Below are positions 1-13,902 of a DNA stretch of 64,000 nt, one piece after another. The notes beneath the pieces are model-generated. The model ran no database searches. It was not told the origin of the DNA and saw only the letters and a list, made by a program, of their open reading frames with translations. The position numbers and the translations under genes are program-made. Position 1 is the stretch's first letter; every line of letters starts with the position of its first letter. The stretch covers positions 2,476 to 66,475 of the forward strand of contig JAFXHN010000057.1 in assembly GCA_017536365.1 (NCBI GenBank), given 5' to 3'. The DNA comes from Bacillota bacterium (GTDB lineage Bacteria; Bacillota; Clostridia; Peptostreptococcales; Anaerovoracaceae).

Positions 1-106
<106 letters not shown>

Positions 107-156
107 AAAAAAATTAATAAATTTCTAATATAAACGTTGATTTTTTCAACAAAGTA

Positions 157-185
157 TTGACACCCATTAAGATTTACGGTATTAT
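157..185 (+). promoter_or_regulatory. sigma-A type promoter for the ilv-leu leader
   Basis: TTGACA (157-162), 17-nt spacer, TATTAT (180-185). Confidence 0.5.
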
Positions 186-191
186 CACATA

Positions 192-465
192 AGTAATTTA
201 ATAAGTTAAGGCGATGACAAGAATCAGTTTGAAAAAGGCCTCTTCAGAGAGCTGTTGGTTGGTGAAAAACAGTGTGGACATTCAAACGGCTCCTCTTCGA
301 GCCATTGGACCGAACAATTATTTTAGTAGGCTCCAACGGGTTCTCCCGTTACAGAGATAGATATTCACAGGATATCGATAAAGCGGGTGTAAGTTTTTTA
401 CATCAAGAAGAGTGGTACCGCGGATTACCCCGTCTCTTTGTTATTAGAGACGGGGATTTTTTTTC
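192..465 (+). promoter_or_regulatory. T-box riboswitch leader upstream of ilvB
   Basis: Stem I elements AGAGAG (246-251) and GGTTGGTGAAAA (257-268). Conserved T-box sequence AAGAGTGGTACCGCGG (408-423) lies directly before and overlaps the 5' flank of an intrinsic terminator (428-464). Confidence 0.8.
428..464 (+). terminator. T-box leader intrinsic terminator
   Basis: CCCCGTCTC (428-436) pairs with GAGACGGGG (447-455), followed by a T8 run (457-464). Confidence 0.85.
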
Positions 466-537
466 TTAGAGGGTACATCATAGCTGAGATAAAAATGAAA
501 TGAAATAAGAGTAAAATAAGAGAAAGGAATTCGACAA

Positions 538-2211
538 ATGATTAAAACAGGCGCACAAATCGTTATGGAGTGTTTGCTGGAACAGGGCGTTGATACAGTG
601 TTCGGATATCCGGGCGGAACTGTAATAGACCTTTATGATGCATTATATGAATACTCTGATAAGATCCATCATGTGCTGACTGCACATGAGCAGGGGGCAT
701 CTCATGCAGCAGACGGATATGCAAGATCCACAGGAAAACCGGGTGTAGTGATCGCAACTTCAGGCCCGGGTGCAACAAATCTGGTAACAGGACTGGCAAC
801 AGCAAATATGGACTCTATCCCTATGGTCGCTATCACAGGAAACGTAAATATAAACAATCTGGGAACAGACGCATTCCAGGAAGTAGACATCTACGGCGTA
901 ACATTCCCGGTCACAAAGTACAGCTTTATCGTTAAAGATCAGAAAGACATTGCTGATGCATTAAGAAAAGCGTTCTACATAGCTCAGGAAGGAAGACCTG
1001 GTCCGGTACTGGTGGACATCCTTAAGAATGCGCAGTCAGGAACAACAGAATTCGAACCTGCAGTGCCAAAAGAAATTTTACCTAAGAACGATAAACTCAC
1101 AGGCGAATCAATAGAAAAAGCCATCGATATCATAAACGAAGCTAAAAGACCTATGATCTTTGCCGGCGGCGGTGTAAATCTGTCAAATGCAACAGACAGC
1201 CTTATGAAATTCGCAAACAAGATCGGTTCACCTATCTCTCTCTCAATGATGGGTCTTGGCGGATGCCCTGCAGATTATGAATATTTCACAGGAATGCTGG
1301 GAATGCACGGAACAAGACTTTCATCAACTGCGGTTACAAACTGCGACCTCCTCATTTTAGCGGGAGCAAGAATGTCAGAGAGAGTAACAGGAAATGCAAA
1401 GACCTTTGCTACTCATGCAAAGATACTCCATCTGGATGTTGACGCGGCTGAGATCAATAAAGTAGTAGACTCTACAACAAGTGTCATCGGAGATTTGGAT
1501 ACAGTTCTTTCTATCCTTGCAGAAAAGGTTGAAGAAAAGACCGATATGGCTTGGAGAAAGCAGATCCTTAAATGGAAAAAAGAATATCCGGTAGTAGTAG
1601 AAGAAAGAGGAAAGATAGCTCCTCATAATCTTGTAAGAACAGTTGCTGAAAAAATGCCTAAAGATACTATCGTAGTAACAGACGTAGGACAGCATCAGAT
1701 CTGGGCGGCTCAGCACTATCCAATAAACAACCCAAGATCATTCATATCATCCGGCGGTCTGGGAACTATGGGCTTCGGTCTCGGAGCGGCTATAGGCAGC
1801 AAGAGCGGTAACCCTAACAGAAAAGTAGTTCTCTTTACAGGAGACGGCAGCTTCCAGATGAACTGCAATGAGATCGTTACAGCTGCAACACAGGGTTTGG
1901 ACATACTGATCGTTCTGGTAAATAACGGCGTTCTCGGTATGGTAAGACAGTGGCAGAAGCTGATGTACAAGCAGCATTACAGCCAGACAACTCACAACAG
2001 AAAGATCGATTACGTAAAACTTGCTGAAGCTTTCGGAGCGACAGGTTTTGACGTTACAACTATGGATGAACTCGAAGCGGCGATAGACGCATCAATGGAT
2101 ATCAAGGGTCCTGTTATCATCAATGCAATGATAGACAAAGACTTCAGTGCACTTCCAATGGTTCCTCCGGGAAACAAGTATAACGAGCAGATATTTAAAA
2201 TAGAAGTATAG
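538..2211 (+). CDS. ilvB: acetolactate synthase large subunit
   Basis: 557-aa ORF. ThDP-enzyme motifs GYPGG, GLGTMGFGLGAAIG and GDGSFQMN. A small-subunit gene follows. Confidence 0.9.
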   Translation: MIKTGAQIVMECLLEQGVDTVFGYPGGTVIDLYDALYEYSDKIHHVLTAHEQGASHAADGYARSTGKPGVVIATSGPGATNLVTGLATANMDSIPMVAITGNVNINNLGTDAFQEVDIYGVTFPVTKYSFIVKDQKDIADALRKAFYIAQEGRPGPVLVDILKNAQSGTTEFEPAVPKEILPKNDKLTGESIEKAIDIINEAKRPMIFAGGGVNLSNATDSLMKFANKIGSPISLSMMGLGGCPADYEYFTGMLGMHGTRLSSTAVTNCDLLILAGARMSERVTGNAKTFATHAKILHLDVDAAEINKVVDSTTSVIGDLDTVLSILAEKVEEKTDMAWRKQILKWKKEYPVVVEERGKIAPHNLVRTVAEKMPKDTIVVTDVGQHQIWAAQHYPINNPRSFISSGGLGTMGFGLGAAIGSKSGNPNRKVVLFTGDGSFQMNCNEIVTAATQGLDILIVLVNNGVLGMVRQWQKLMYKQHYSQTTHNRKIDYVKLAEAFGATGFDVTTMDELEAAIDASMDIKGPVIINAMIDKDFSALPMVPPGNKYNEQIFKIEV

Positions 2212-2225
2212 GAGGGATAAATAAG

Positions 2226-2735
2226 ATGGAAGAAAGAAGATATGTATTGTCCCTGATCGTACAGAATAAAGCGGGTGTTTTGAGCAGGATATCAGGACTG
2301 CTCACAAGAAGAGGTTTTAACATAGATTCAATTTCCGCTGCAGAAACGGAAAAACCGGATATCTCTTTGATAATCATCGTATTCCAGGCTGATGCTCATA
2401 CCGCGGAACAGATCATGAAGCAGCTTGAAAAACAGGTAGACGTATTTGAGATAAGAGAGCTCAGATCACCAGAATCTGTAACAAGAGAGCATGTTATGAT
2501 CAAAGTAAAGGCCGCGCCTGATGAAAGAAATTCAATAATCGCAGTAGCGGGGATATTCAGAGCAAGCATCATAGACGTTTCTCCGGAGACTATGATAGTT
2601 GAGCTTACGGGAGAATCATCAAAGACTAAGGCTTTTATCGAAGCAATAAAACCATACGGAATAATCCAGGTAGCAAGATCCGGCATAATAGGTATGTCAA
2701 GACTCGAAGCGCCTGTTTTAAAAGAGATGTTTTAA
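2226..2735 (+). CDS. ilvN: acetolactate synthase small (regulatory) subunit
   Basis: 169 aa. N-terminal ACT-domain signature LSLIVQNKAGVLSRISGLLTRRGFNIDS. Position directly after ilvB. Confidence 0.88.
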   Translation: MEERRYVLSLIVQNKAGVLSRISGLLTRRGFNIDSISAAETEKPDISLIIIVFQADAHTAEQIMKQLEKQVDVFEIRELRSPESVTREHVMIKVKAAPDERNSIIAVAGIFRASIIDVSPETMIVELTGESSKTKAFIEAIKPYGIIQVARSGIIGMSRLEAPVLKEMF

Positions 2736-2770
2736 TGTTGTAAATTTATACATGATCAGGAGAGAAAAAT

Positions 2771-4435
2771 ATGAGAAGTGAAAATGTAAAAAAAGATTAT
2801 ACAAAAGCCCCGCACAGAAGCTTATTCAGAGCTATGGGGTATGTAGATGAAGAACTGGATAGACCGCTTATCGGCGTTGTTAATTCACAGAATGAGATCG
2901 TACCGGGTCACGTTCATCTCGACACAATAGCAAAAGCTGTTAAAGAAGGTATCAGAGCAGCGGGAGGAACACCTATAGAAGTTCCTGCTATAGCAGTATG
3001 TGACGGTATAGCTATGAACCATATCGGAATGAGATATTCTCTCGTATCAAGAGAACTCATAGCAGACAGCGTGGAAACAATGGCTATCGCTCATCAGTTT
3101 GACGGTCTGGTGCTTATCCCTAACTGTGATAAAACAGTTCCGGGTATGCTTATGGCAGCAGCAAGGATCAATATTCCTACAGTTGTAGTATCCGGCGGAC
3201 CAATGCTGGCAGGCGATTATGACGGAAAGAAGATCAGTCTCAGCCAGATGTTTGAAGCAGTAGGCTCAAAGAGCGCAGGATTGATCACAGATCAGCAGCT
3301 TTGCATGATGGAAGACAATGCTTGTCCTACATGCGGATCCTGTTCAGGTATGTTCACAGCAAATTCAATGAACTGTCTTACAGAAGCTGTAGGAATGGGG
3401 CTCCCGGGAAACGGAACTATCCCTGCAGTAGCTGCAGCAAGAATAAGACTGGCAAAACAGGCTGGATTCAAGATCATGGATCTCGTTAGAGAAGACATCA
3501 AGCCTAGAGATATAATGACAGAAAAAGCATTCAAAAATGCTCTTACAGTTGATATGGCATTAGGATGTTCAACAAACTCAATGCTTCACTTACCTGCCAT
3601 CGCAAGAGAAGCAGGAGTAAAGATCGACCTGGAATCAGCAAACGGAATGAGTGCAGTAACGCCTAACCTTTGCAAACTGGCTCCGGCAGGATTCCACTTT
3701 ATGGAACACCTTAACGCTGCAGGCGGTGTTTATGCAGTAATGAACGAGCTCAGCAAGCTTGGCCTTCTTGAAGAAGACGCAATGACAGTAAACGGAAACA
3801 CAATAGGCGAAGCTATTGCGGATTGTCCTGTATTGAATTACGACATCATCAAATCTGTAGAAGCTCCTTACAGCAAAACCGGCGGTATTGCTGTGCTCAA
3901 AGGAAACCTTGCAGCAGAAGGCTGTGTAGTAAAAAGATCAGCCATTGCTCCTGAAATGCTGGTACATGAAGGACCTGCAAAGGTATTCGACAGTGAAGAA
4001 GAATCAATGGAAGCTATACTCGGCGGCGGCATCGAACCGGGCGACGTTGTTGTTATCAGATATGAAGGTCCTAAAGGCGGTCCTGGAATGAGAGAAATGC
4101 TTTCACCTACAGCATCTCTTGCGGGAAGAGGACTGGATAACTGTGTAGCTCTTATCACAGACGGAAGATTCTCAGGCGCGACAAGGGGTGCAGCTATCGG
4201 TCATGTATCACCGGAAGCAGCAGAAGGCGGAATGATAGGTCTTGTAAAGAACGGAGACATCATTTCCATCAATATACCTGAAGGAAAAATCGAACTGAAT
4301 GTAAGCGAAGAAGAATTAGCAGAAAGAAGAAAGACTTTCGTGCCGAAAGAACCATCAGTTAAGACAGGTATCCTCGCTAAATACGCAAGATTAGTAAGAT
4401 CAGCATCAGAAGGAGCCGTCTTAAGCGCAGAATAG
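2771..4435 (+). CDS. ilvD: dihydroxy-acid dehydratase
   Basis: 554 aa. Motifs [25 protein letters not shown] and [10 protein letters not shown]. Confidence 0.92.
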   Translation: MRSENVKKDYTKAPHRSLFRAMGYVDEELDRPLIGVVNSQNEIVPGHVHLDTIAKAVKEGIRAAGGTPIEVPAIAVCDGIAMNHIGMRYSLVSRELIADSVETMAIAHQFDGLVLIPNCDKTVPGMLMAAARINIPTVVVSGGPMLAGDYDGKKISLSQMFEAVGSKSAGLITDQQLCMMEDNACPTCGSCSGMFTANSMNCLTEAVGMGLPGNGTIPAVAAARIRLAKQAGFKIMDLVREDIKPRDIMTEKAFKNALTVDMALGCSTNSMLHLPAIAREAGVKIDLESANGMSAVTPNLCKLAPAGFHFMEHLNAAGGVYAVMNELSKLGLLEEDAMTVNGNTIGEAIADCPVLNYDIIKSVEAPYSKTGGIAVLKGNLAAEGCVVKRSAIAPEMLVHEGPAKVFDSEEESMEAILGGGIEPGDVVVIRYEGPKGGPGMREMLSPTASLAGRGLDNCVALITDGRFSGATRGAAIGHVSPEAAEGGMIGLVKNGDIISINIPEGKIELNVSEEELAERRKTFVPKEPSVKTGILAKYARLVRSASEGAVLSAE

Positions 4436-4444
4436 GAGAAAGAA

Positions 4445-5971
4445 ATGTCAGCACAGATCAAGATATTTGATACTACATTAAGAGATGGAGAACAGTCACC
4501 GGGCTGTTCAATGAACCTCAATGAAAAAATAGAAATGGCCAAACAGCTGGAAAAGCTGAAGGTAGATATTATTGAAGCGGGATTTGCAATAGCATCTCCG
4601 GGAGACTTCGAATCAGTAAGGACTATTGCGGAAACAGTACACGATGTTACTGTAGCCAGTCTTGCCCGTGCCGTAAAAGGAGATATAGACGCAGCTTGGG
4701 AAGCAGTAAGAGTAGCAAACAAGCCAAGGATCCATGTATTCCTTGCTACGTCTCCGATCCATATGCAGTATAAGCTTCAGATGACACCGGACGAAGTTAT
4801 AGCAAGAACAGCGGAGATGGTAAAATATGCTAAACACTACTGCGATGATATAGAATTCTCTGCAGAAGATGCTACAAGAAGCGAAAAGTTCTTCCTTTCA
4901 AAGGTAATTGAAACAACTATCGCAAACGGAGCAACAACAGTAAATATACCTGATACAGTAGGTTATGCTACACCTGATGAAATGTACAACCTTATGGTGC
5001 ACCTCAGACAGACCGTTAAAGGTATCGATAATGTGGACATCTCAACACATAACCACAATGACTTAGGTCTTGCTGTAGCAAACTCTCTTGCAGCTATCAG
5101 AGGCGGTGCAACACAGATCGAATGTACTGTCAACGGCATAGGAGAACGTGCCGGAAATGCAGCTCTCGAAGAGATCGTAATGGCTCTCAAAACAAGAAAA
5201 GACTGCTACAATGCGGATACAAAGATAGATTCGACACAGATCTACAGAACAAGCAAACTTTTAACAAGTGTTATAGGTGTTAGACCTGCTCCTACAAAGC
5301 CTATCGTAGGAAGAAATGCTTTTGCTCATGAATCCGGAGTTCATCAGCATGGCGTACTTGCCAACAAGGCAACATATGAGATCATGACTCCGGAAGATAT
5401 CGGTATCCCTTCAAATGCTATGGTGCTCGGAAAGCATTCCGGAAGACATGCATTTGTTGAAAGACTTAAGTATCTCGGTATCGAACTTCCTCAGGAAAAA
5501 ACAAACGAAGTTTTCAACAAGTTCAAAGAACTTGCAGACAGAAAGAAGATCGTATCCGACAGAGATATCGAAGCTCTTGTTGGAAGAAACTCCATCACTA
5601 TCGACGAAAAATACAAGCTCAAATATTTTGCTGTTAACAGCGCATCAGAGATCGGTGCAACAGCAACTATCTTACTGGAATGGGAAGGCGGATCAAGAAA
5701 ATTTGCTGCTATCGGAGACGGTATGGTAGAAGCTGCATTCTCATCCATTGATGATATCACAGGCATCTATCCTGAATTACAGTCATACGAGATACAGGGC
5801 GTTACCGGAGGTATTGACGCACAGGGTGAAGTTGCAGTAAGATTAAGAGTAGATGATATTACAGTTATTGGTACTGGTGTCAGCCTTGATGTTATCGAAG
5901 CCAGCATCAGAGCATACATAAACGGCATAAACAAGCTGATTTATGAAATGGAAAAGAGAGGTATAGAATAG
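4445..5971 (+). CDS. leuA: 2-isopropylmalate synthase
   Basis: 508 aa. Motifs [14 protein letters not shown] and [13 protein letters not shown], plus a C-terminal LeuA regulatory domain. Confidence 0.9.
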   Translation: MSAQIKIFDTTLRDGEQSPGCSMNLNEKIEMAKQLEKLKVDIIEAGFAIASPGDFESVRTIAETVHDVTVASLARAVKGDIDAAWEAVRVANKPRIHVFLATSPIHMQYKLQMTPDEVIARTAEMVKYAKHYCDDIEFSAEDATRSEKFFLSKVIETTIANGATTVNIPDTVGYATPDEMYNLMVHLRQTVKGIDNVDISTHNHNDLGLAVANSLAAIRGGATQIECTVNGIGERAGNAALEEIVMALKTRKDCYNADTKIDSTQIYRTSKLLTSVIGVRPAPTKPIVGRNAFAHESGVHQHGVLANKATYEIMTPEDIGIPSNAMVLGKHSGRHAFVERLKYLGIELPQEKTNEVFNKFKELADRKKIVSDRDIEALVGRNSITIDEKYKLKYFAVNSASEIGATATILLEWEGGSRKFAAIGDGMVEAAFSSIDDITGIYPELQSYEIQGVTGGIDAQGEVAVRLRVDDITVIGTGVSLDVIEASIRAYINGINKLIYEMEKRGIE

Positions 5972-5972
5972 T

Positions 5973-7262
5973 ATGGGTATGACAATGACTCAGAAGATCA
6001 TAGCTGCTCACGGCGGCCGTGAATCTGTAAAAGCAGGCGAGCTTATAAGAGTAGATTTGGACTTCGTTCTGGGTAATGACGTTACTGCTCCTGTTGCTAT
6101 CAATGAATTCCAGAAAGCCGGATTCGACAGCATCTTCAGCAAAGAAAAGATCGCTTTCGTAATGGACCACTTCACACCGGCTAAGGATATCAATTCAGCA
6201 ACTCTCGTAAAGAAATCAAAAGAGTTTGCTGAAAAATACGGCATAGTGAATTTCTTCGATGTTGGTAAAGTAGGCGTTGAACACGCTCTTCTCCCTGAAC
6301 AGGGACTTGTTGGCCCGGGAGAGATCATAATCGGGGCAGACAGCCACACATGTACATACGGTGCGTTAGGCGCATTCTCAACAGGTGTAGGTTCAACGGA
6401 TATGGCGGCCGGCATGTACAGCGGTCAGGCATGGTTCAAGGTTCCTTCAGCTATCAAATTTGAACTGGTAGGAAAACCAAACCCATTCGTCAGCGGTAAA
6501 GACGTTATCCTTACTATCATCGGAATGATCGGTGTAGAAGGTGCAAGATATAAATCTATGGAATTTATGGGCGAAGGTCTCAAATATTTATCAATGGACG
6601 ACAGACTTTGTATGGCTAATATGGCTATCGAAGCCGGCGGGAAGAACGGTATCTTCGAAGTAGACGAAGTTACTCTCAAATACGTTGAAGGCAGAGTAAA
6701 CAGACCTTTCAAATATTACAAAGCAGATGAAGATGCAGAATATGACGAAGTGTACACTATCGATCTTTCAAAGATCGAACCTACAGTTGCATTCCCTCAT
6801 CTTCCTGAAAATACAAGACCTGTTTCAGAAGCAGGTGACGTTCCTATCCATCAGGTAGTTATCGGTTCCTGCACAAACGGCAGACTTGAAGACTTAAGAG
6901 CTGCTGCTATCGTTCTTAAAGGCAGAAAAGTAGCTGACGGAGTAAGATGTATCGTTATCCCGGCTACACAGGAAATCTATAAGAACGCATTAGAAGAAGG
7001 CTTACTGTCAATATTCCTCGAAGCAGGCTGCGCTATTTCAGCTCCTACCTGCGGACCATGTCTCGGAGGACATATGGGCATCATGGCTGACGGAGAAAGA
7101 GCTGTTGCTACAACAAACAGAAACTTCGTTGGAAGAATGGGTCATACAGGCAGTGAAGTTTATCTTGCAAGCCCTGCGGTTGCTGCTGCAAGTGCTGTTG
7201 CAGGCAAGGTTGCGGAACCAAAGGATATCGGCATGACCGATATGGAAAATTTCAGATATTAG
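5973..7262 (+). CDS. leuC: 3-isopropylmalate dehydratase large subunit
   Basis: 429 aa. Aconitase-family motifs [22 protein letters not shown] and CGPCLG. The start could be one of three nearby ATGs (MGMTMT). Confidence 0.88.
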   Translation: MGMTMTQKIIAAHGGRESVKAGELIRVDLDFVLGNDVTAPVAINEFQKAGFDSIFSKEKIAFVMDHFTPAKDINSATLVKKSKEFAEKYGIVNFFDVGKVGVEHALLPEQGLVGPGEIIIGADSHTCTYGALGAFSTGVGSTDMAAGMYSGQAWFKVPSAIKFELVGKPNPFVSGKDVILTIIGMIGVEGARYKSMEFMGEGLKYLSMDDRLCMANMAIEAGGKNGIFEVDEVTLKYVEGRVNRPFKYYKADEDAEYDEVYTIDLSKIEPTVAFPHLPENTRPVSEAGDVPIHQVVIGSCTNGRLEDLRAAAIVLKGRKVADGVRCIVIPATQEIYKNALEEGLLSIFLEAGCAISAPTCGPCLGGHMGIMADGERAVATTNRNFVGRMGHTGSEVYLASPAVAAASAVAGKVAEPKDIGMTDMENFRY

Positions 7263-7274
7263 GAGGGGATAGTA

Positions 7275-7754
7275 ATGAAAGCAAAAGGTACAGTATTTAA
7301 ATACGGTGACAATGTTGATACAGACGTTATCATCCCTGCAAGATATCTCAACATCACAGATATGAATGAGCTTTCAGCTCACTGCATGGAAGATATAGAC
7401 AAAGAATTCAGAGGAAAAGTTCAGCAGGGAGATATCATGGTGGCAGGAAACAACTTCGGCTGCGGATCTTCCAGAGAACATGCACCTGCAACTATTAAAG
7501 CTTCAGGTATCTCTTGTGTTATAGCTAATTCTTTCGCTAGGATCTTCTACAGAAACTCCATCAACATCGGTCTGGCTATTATCGAATGTCCGGAAGCTGT
7601 TGCAGCTATTTCTGCAGGAGACGTTGTAAGCGTTGATTTTATCAAAGGTGAGATCGTTGATGAAACAACAGGTCAGACTTTCAAAGCAGATCCTTTCCCA
7701 CCATTCCTTCAGGATATTATCGACAAAGGCGGTCTGCTAAAGGCCATCAAATAA
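7275..7754 (+). CDS. leuD: 3-isopropylmalate dehydratase small subunit
   Basis: 159 aa. [13 protein letters not shown] motif. Follows leuC. Confidence 0.88.
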   Translation: MKAKGTVFKYGDNVDTDVIIPARYLNITDMNELSAHCMEDIDKEFRGKVQQGDIMVAGNNFGCGSSREHAPATIKASGISCVIANSFARIFYRNSINIGLAIIECPEAVAAISAGDVVSVDFIKGEIVDETTGQTFKADPFPPFLQDIIDKGGLLKAIK

Positions 7755-7776
7755 CAGGGAACAGGAGGGTAATAAT

Positions 7777-8853
7777 ATGAAATTCAATGTTGCTGTAATT
7801 AAAGGGGACGGAATAGGCCCTGAGATCGTAGATGAAGCGATAAAAGTACTGGAAGCTGTAGGCAAAAAGTACGGCCACGAGTTTGCTTATACAGAAGCTC
7901 TCGCCGGCGGATGCTCCATTGAGACCCATGGCATACCTCTTACACAGGAAACTATAGATATTTGTAAATCAAGTGATGCTATCCTCTTAGGCGCTGTAGG
8001 CGGACCTAAATGGGATAACCTCCCGGGATATTTAAGAGCAGAAAAAGCTATCCTCGGACTCAGATCAGAATTAGGACTTTTTGCAAATCTGAGACCTGCT
8101 CTTATGTTTGATTCTCTTTCAGACGCATGCCCGCTTAAACCTGAACTGGTGGAAGGCGGTCTGGACGTTCTCATCGTTAGAGAGCTTACCGGCGGCGTAT
8201 ACTTCGGAGAAAGAGGAAGAAAATTCACTGAAGATATGGGAGAAATGGCATACGATGTAATGCCTTATACAGAAAAAGAGATCGAAAGGATCGGAAGAGT
8301 TGCTTTCGAAATGGCAATGAAGAGAAATAAGAAAGTGACAAGCGTAGACAAATCCAATGTTCTTGAAACATCAAGACTCTGGAGAAGCGTAATGCACAAC
8401 ATCAAGGATGATTATCCTGAAGTTGAATACGAAGATCTTTTCGTAGACAATACAGCTATGCAGCTGGTCATCAATCCAAAACAGTTCGACGTTATCGTTA
8501 CAGAAAACATGTTTGGAGATATCCTCTCTGACGAAGCATCAATGATCACAGGATCTATCGGAATGCTTCCATCTGCAAGCTTCGGCGAAGGAACAAGAGG
8601 TCTTTATGAACCTGTTCACGGTTCTGCTCCTGACATTGCAGGCAAAGGAATTGCAAATCCATTAGCTACTATCCTTTCAGTAGCTATGATGCTCAAGTAT
8701 TCTTTCGGACTTCTGGAAGAAGCAGTAGCAGTGGAAGATGCTGTAAAAGCCGTTCTCGAAGACGGATGGAGAACTGCAGATATCGCTAAAAAAGGCGAAA
8801 AAGCATTGAGTACTCAGGAAATGGGTGCTAAAGTAATAGAAAAACTTCAATAA
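7777..8853 (+). CDS. leuB: 3-isopropylmalate dehydrogenase
   Basis: 358 aa. Motifs [10 protein letters not shown] and [12 protein letters not shown]. Confidence 0.9.
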   Translation: MKFNVAVIKGDGIGPEIVDEAIKVLEAVGKKYGHEFAYTEALAGGCSIETHGIPLTQETIDICKSSDAILLGAVGGPKWDNLPGYLRAEKAILGLRSELGLFANLRPALMFDSLSDACPLKPELVEGGLDVLIVRELTGGVYFGERGRKFTEDMGEMAYDVMPYTEKEIERIGRVAFEMAMKRNKKVTSVDKSNVLETSRLWRSVMHNIKDDYPEVEYEDLFVDNTAMQLVINPKQFDVIVTENMFGDILSDEASMITGSIGMLPSASFGEGTRGLYEPVHGSAPDIAGKGIANPLATILSVAMMLKYSFGLLEEAVAVEDAVKAVLEDGWRTADIAKKGEKALSTQEMGAKVIEKLQ

Positions 8854-8936
8854 TATGCCTTGATCGATCTAAGCCGGAGAAAATACGACCGGAGGAAGCT
8901 TGGATCGTAAAATATAAAATACATATGGAGGAATAA

Positions 8937-9950
<1,014 letters not shown>

Positions 9951-9976
9951 AAACAAGCTTATATCGGATCAACAAA

Positions 9977-10003
9977 ATGCCTCGGTCTCCGGGGCATTTT
10001 TTA
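9977..10003 (+). terminator. intrinsic terminator ending the ilv-leu cluster
   Basis: ATGCCTCGG / CCGGGGCAT hairpin followed by a T-run. Confidence 0.7.
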
Positions 10004-10094
10004 TTGTTGTAAGTAGCGACGGCTGCGTGTTATGATGTTGAGAGAAACATACAGAGCTGTCCGGGTCAAACCGGAGGCTGAACGGAGGAAGAAA

Positions 10095-11405
10095 GTGTAC
10101 AGACTTACATCAAAACTGATAATTTACAGAAATATAGAAAAAGACAGCATATTATTTGAACTGGCAGATATATGCAGACGTTTTTACGAAGGAAACTATG
10201 ATAAAGAACAGCTTATAACCGATATTTTTGCGCAGATACACAGACTGCTGGAAGTGTCTACAAGATATGGATTTGATAAAAACCTATGGCACAATTATTT
10301 GGCATATTTGCTGGCTTCTACGGAAAACCCGTTTACTTTGGTTTCGGAAAAAGTGGGAGCAAATGAAGGTACAGTAAATCAATTTGCTAAAAATGATTTT
10401 GCGATCTTCAAGAAGCTCTTTGATTATGATTTTTCCGCAATGGAAAAGGAACTGGGCATAGACTGTTTTAACACTGTTCAGAATTATGAGGCAGTGGTAA
10501 AGAAAGAAAGGATATTCAACAAAAGCGTAAGCGAAAAAGTCCAGCTGCTCAGCAAACGTATAGAAGAAGCATCGGATGAAGCGGAGATGTATGATATCGT
10601 TACTGATTTTTACAAAACCTATGGCGTGGGAAAACTGGGACTGAATAAGGCTTTTCGTATATCTGAGAAGGAAGGAGATTCTATCCTTGAGGCGATAACC
10701 ACTACCGGAGATATGCTTCTCAGCGATCTGGTAGGCTATGAAGCTCAGAAAAAGCTTTTGATCGATAATACAGAAGCTTTTGTGGCAGGAGGAAAAGCCA
10801 ACAATGTACTTTTGTTTGGAGATGCGGGCACTGGAAAATCCACCAGCGTAAAAGCTATACTTAATGAGTATTATGATAAAGGTCTCAGAATGATCGAGAT
10901 CTATAAACATGAGTTTAAAAATCTTTCAAGAGTTATATCAGAAATAAAAAACAGAAACTACAGATTCATTATTTTTATGGATGATCTTTCTTTTGAAGAA
11001 TTTGAGATAGAGTATAAATATTTGAAGGCTGTGATAGAGGGCGGCCTTGAAGTAAAACCGGATAATGTGCTCATCTATGCCACATCTAATCGCCAGCATC
11101 TTATCAGGGAGACATGGACAGACAGATCCGATATTTCAAAAGACGAGCTTCACCGCTCCGATACGGTTCAGGAAAAACTGTCTCTGTCAGGCAGGTTTGG
11201 ATTAACTATAGGATTCCTTAAACCTACACCGAAAGAGTATTACAATATAGTTATCACCCTTGCAAGAAAATACCCTGAGATCGCTCTTACAGATGATGAA
11301 CTCAGGGCAGAAGCAAACAAATGGGAAATGCGTCATGGCGGATTGTCCGGTAGGACAGCCCAGCAGTTTATAAACCATCTTCTTGGAATGACATATCTTG
11401 GTTAG
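10095..11405 (+). CDS. AAA-type ATPase, DUF815-like
   Basis: Walker [10 protein letters not shown] and Walker [10 protein letters not shown]. The ORF is open from 10032, but GTG 10095 sits 5 nt after GGAGGA and is the more likely start. Confidence 0.65.
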   Translation: MYRLTSKLIIYRNIEKDSILFELADICRRFYEGNYDKEQLITDIFAQIHRLLEVSTRYGFDKNLWHNYLAYLLASTENPFTLVSEKVGANEGTVNQFAKNDFAIFKKLFDYDFSAMEKELGIDCFNTVQNYEAVVKKERIFNKSVSEKVQLLSKRIEEASDEAEMYDIVTDFYKTYGVGKLGLNKAFRISEKEGDSILEAITTTGDMLLSDLVGYEAQKKLLIDNTEAFVAGGKANNVLLFGDAGTGKSTSVKAILNEYYDKGLRMIEIYKHEFKNLSRVISEIKNRNYRFIIFMDDLSFEEFEIEYKYLKAVIEGGLEVKPDNVLIYATSNRQHLIRETWTDRSDISKDELHRSDTVQEKLSLSGRFGLTIGFLKPTPKEYYNIVITLARKYPEIALTDDELRAEANKWEMRHGGLSGRTAQQFINHLLGMTYLG

Positions 11406-11428
11406 AAAAGAATAAGGAGGTAATTGAA

Positions 11429-12355
11429 ATGAAAATATATAAAAGCGTAAGCGAGCTGATCGGCAGAACGCCACTGATCGAAGTGTGCAATATAGAAAAA
11501 GAACTTGACATAAAAGCAACTATCCTGGCAAAGCTGGAATATTTCAACCCTGCAGGAAGTGCAAAAGACAGAGTCGGCATGGCAATGATAGAAGATGCTG
11601 AGGCTAAAGGCCTGCTTAAACCAGGTGCTACTATAATCGAGCCCACAAGCGGAAACACAGGCATAGGCCTTGCATGTGTTGCGGCATCAAAGGGATATAA
11701 AGTAGTCCTTACAATGCCTGAGACAATGAGCATAGAAAGAAGAAATCTTCTTAAAGCTTATGGGGCTGAGATAATCCTTACAGAAGGAAGCTTGGGAATG
11801 AGCGGCTCTGTGGCAAAGGCTGAGGAACTGCAGAAGCAGATACCGGGAAGTATAATAGCAGGTCAGTTTGAAAATCCCGCAAATCCGGAGATACACAAAA
11901 GGACTACAGGTCCTGAAATTTGGGAAGACACAGATGGAAAAGTTGATATTTTCGTTGCGGGAGTAGGTACAGGCGGTACAATTTCAGGCGTTGGGGAATA
12001 CTTGAAAGAAATGAAGCCTTCAGTTAAAGTGGTTGCAGTAGAACCTGTAAATTCTCCGCTTCTGTCAGAAGGAAAAGCAGGACCACACGGATTACAGGGA
12101 ATAGGAGCGAATTTTGTACCAAAAGCACTAAACACTGAGGTGTATGATGAAATAATCCCTGTTGCAGAAGAAGATGCATATAAAATGGGAAAACTTATGG
12201 CTCATAAAGAGGGGATATTAGTAGGGATCTCCGCAGGAGCGGCACTTTGGGCTGCATGGCAGATTGCCCAGAGAAAAGAGAACGAAGGCAAGAACATCGT
12301 AGTGCTTCTGCCTGATACGGGAGAAAGATATTTATCCACACCAATGTTTGAGTAA
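11429..12355 (+). CDS. cysK: cysteine synthase A (O-acetylserine sulfhydrylase)
   Basis: 308 aa. Motifs NPAGSAKDR (PLP lysine), [11 protein letters not shown] and GTGGTISG. Confidence 0.9.
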   Translation: MKIYKSVSELIGRTPLIEVCNIEKELDIKATILAKLEYFNPAGSAKDRVGMAMIEDAEAKGLLKPGATIIEPTSGNTGIGLACVAASKGYKVVLTMPETMSIERRNLLKAYGAEIILTEGSLGMSGSVAKAEELQKQIPGSIIAGQFENPANPEIHKRTTGPEIWEDTDGKVDIFVAGVGTGGTISGVGEYLKEMKPSVKVVAVEPVNSPLLSEGKAGPHGLQGIGANFVPKALNTEVYDEIIPVAEEDAYKMGKLMAHKEGILVGISAGAALWAAWQIAQRKENEGKNIVVLLPDTGERYLSTPMFE

Positions 12356-12367
12356 CGGGAGTAAGTC

Positions 12368-13852
12368 ATGAAAAAGTATGTAGTGGCTCTGGACCAGGGA
12401 ACTACCAGTTCAAGAGCGATAATATTTAATAAAGATCAGGAAATAGTTGCAGTAAGACAGCAGGAATTTGAACAGATATTCCCTAAACCGGGATATGTTG
12501 AGCATGATCCGAACCAGATATTCGGATCTCAGATGGCTGTACTTCATGAGGCTATAGCAGCATCGGGAGTAAGTCCGGAGGATATCGCGGGGATAGGGAT
12601 AACCAACCAGAGAGAAACTACTATAGTGTGGGATGCAAAAACCGGAGAACCTGTTTACAATGCTATCGTATGGCAGTGCAGAAGGACTTCTGATATTTGC
12701 GAGGAATACAAGGCGCGGGGTGTAAGCGAAAAGATACGGCAGAAGACAGGCCTGCTTATAGATGCTTATTTTTCTGCCACAAAGATAAAATGGATACTGG
12801 ACAATGTTCCGGGAGCAAGAGAAAGAGCCGAAAAAGGAGAGCTGCTGTTCGGCACTGTTGACACATGGCTGGTATGGAAGATGACGAAAGGAAAGGTGCA
12901 TGTTACAGACCAGACAAATGCTTCCAGGACAATGCTGTACAATATTAAAGAACTTAAATGGGATAAGGAACTTTTGGAGATCTTCGATATACCTGCGGTG
13001 ATGCTTCCGGAGGTCAGAAGCTCCAGTGAAATATACGGTACATATAATATACAGGGTGTGGAAGTACCTATCTCCGGGATCGCAGGGGACCAGCAGGCGG
13101 CGCTGTTTGGCCAGACCTGCTTTGAAAAAGGTCAGGCAAAGAACACCTACGGCACAGGCTGTTTCCTGCTTATGAATATGGGAGAAGAATGCAATATTTC
13201 TGACGGGGGACTTCTTACAACTATAGGTATAGGCCTTAAAGACAGGATAAACTATGCAATGGAAGGCAGTGTATTCGTAGGAGGTGCTGTGATACAGTGG
13301 CTCAGAGATGAGCTAAAGGTAATAAGCAGTTCAAAAGAATCTGAAACAGCTGCTGTATCGGTAGAAGATAACGGCGGAGTTTATTTCGTTCCTGCTTTCA
13401 CAGGACTTGGGGCACCGTACTGGGATATGTATGCCAGAGGTGCGATAATGGGAATAACCCGAGGGACGACTGTTGCTCATATCGTAAGAGCGGCTGTAGA
13501 GTCTATGGGATTTCAGAGTATGGAGCTTCTTGAAGCTATAGAAAAAGAGAGCGGCATAAGGGTGGGATCGCTAAAAGTAGACGGCGGCGCCAGTGAAAAT
13601 GACTTTCTTATGCAGTTCCAGGCTGATGTTGCAGGGATAGATATAGTAAGACCTGTTATCAGAGAAACTACAGCCCTTGGGGCGGCATATCTTGCAGGAC
13701 TTTCTACGGGTATGTGGAAAAGCATCGATGATATATCAAGCAGTCAGAAGATAGACAGGATCTTCACTTTGGATGTGTCGGAAGAAAAGAAAAATGATAT
13801 GGTAGGAAAATGGAAAAAAGCCATCAGCAGGACACTTGACTGGGAAAACTAA
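12368..13852 (+). CDS. glpK: glycerol kinase
   Basis: 494 aa. Motifs [20 protein letters not shown] and GGASEN. Confidence 0.92.
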   Translation: MKKYVVALDQGTTSSRAIIFNKDQEIVAVRQQEFEQIFPKPGYVEHDPNQIFGSQMAVLHEAIAASGVSPEDIAGIGITNQRETTIVWDAKTGEPVYNAIVWQCRRTSDICEEYKARGVSEKIRQKTGLLIDAYFSATKIKWILDNVPGARERAEKGELLFGTVDTWLVWKMTKGKVHVTDQTNASRTMLYNIKELKWDKELLEIFDIPAVMLPEVRSSSEIYGTYNIQGVEVPISGIAGDQQAALFGQTCFEKGQAKNTYGTGCFLLMNMGEECNISDGGLLTTIGIGLKDRINYAMEGSVFVGGAVIQWLRDELKVISSSKESETAAVSVEDNGGVYFVPAFTGLGAPYWDMYARGAIMGITRGTTVAHIVRAAVESMGFQSMELLEAIEKESGIRVGSLKVDGGASENDFLMQFQADVAGIDIVRPVIRETTALGAAYLAGLSTGMWKSIDDISSSQKIDRIFTLDVSEEKKNDMVGKWKKAISRTLDWEN

Positions 13853-13857
13853 AAAAC

Positions 13858-13902
13858 ACCGCAGAAAGTTTAGTAAAATGAAACTTTCTGCGGTTCTTTT
13901 TT
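13858..13902. terminator. bidirectional intrinsic terminator between glpK and the convergent DUF1847-like gene
   Basis: 14-bp stem ACCGCAGAAAGTTT / AAACTTTCTGCGGT, flanked by an A-run and a T-run. Confidence 0.8.

Noticed and set aside
272-469. 65-aa ORF upstream of ilvB.
   Set aside because: It lies entirely within the T-box leader and its terminator, has no RBS, and its sequence is explained by RNA structure.
4201-4722. Long antisense or alternative-frame ORFs inside well-supported genes, for example 4201-4722(-), 10284-10910(-), 20660-21322(-), 31779-32597(-), 37057-37692(-), 43811-44518(-), 54645-55226(-) and 57797-58372(-).
   Set aside because: They are fully embedded opposite or within conserved coding genes. 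They have biased low-complexity composition and no recognisable motifs or RBS, so they are shadow ORFs.
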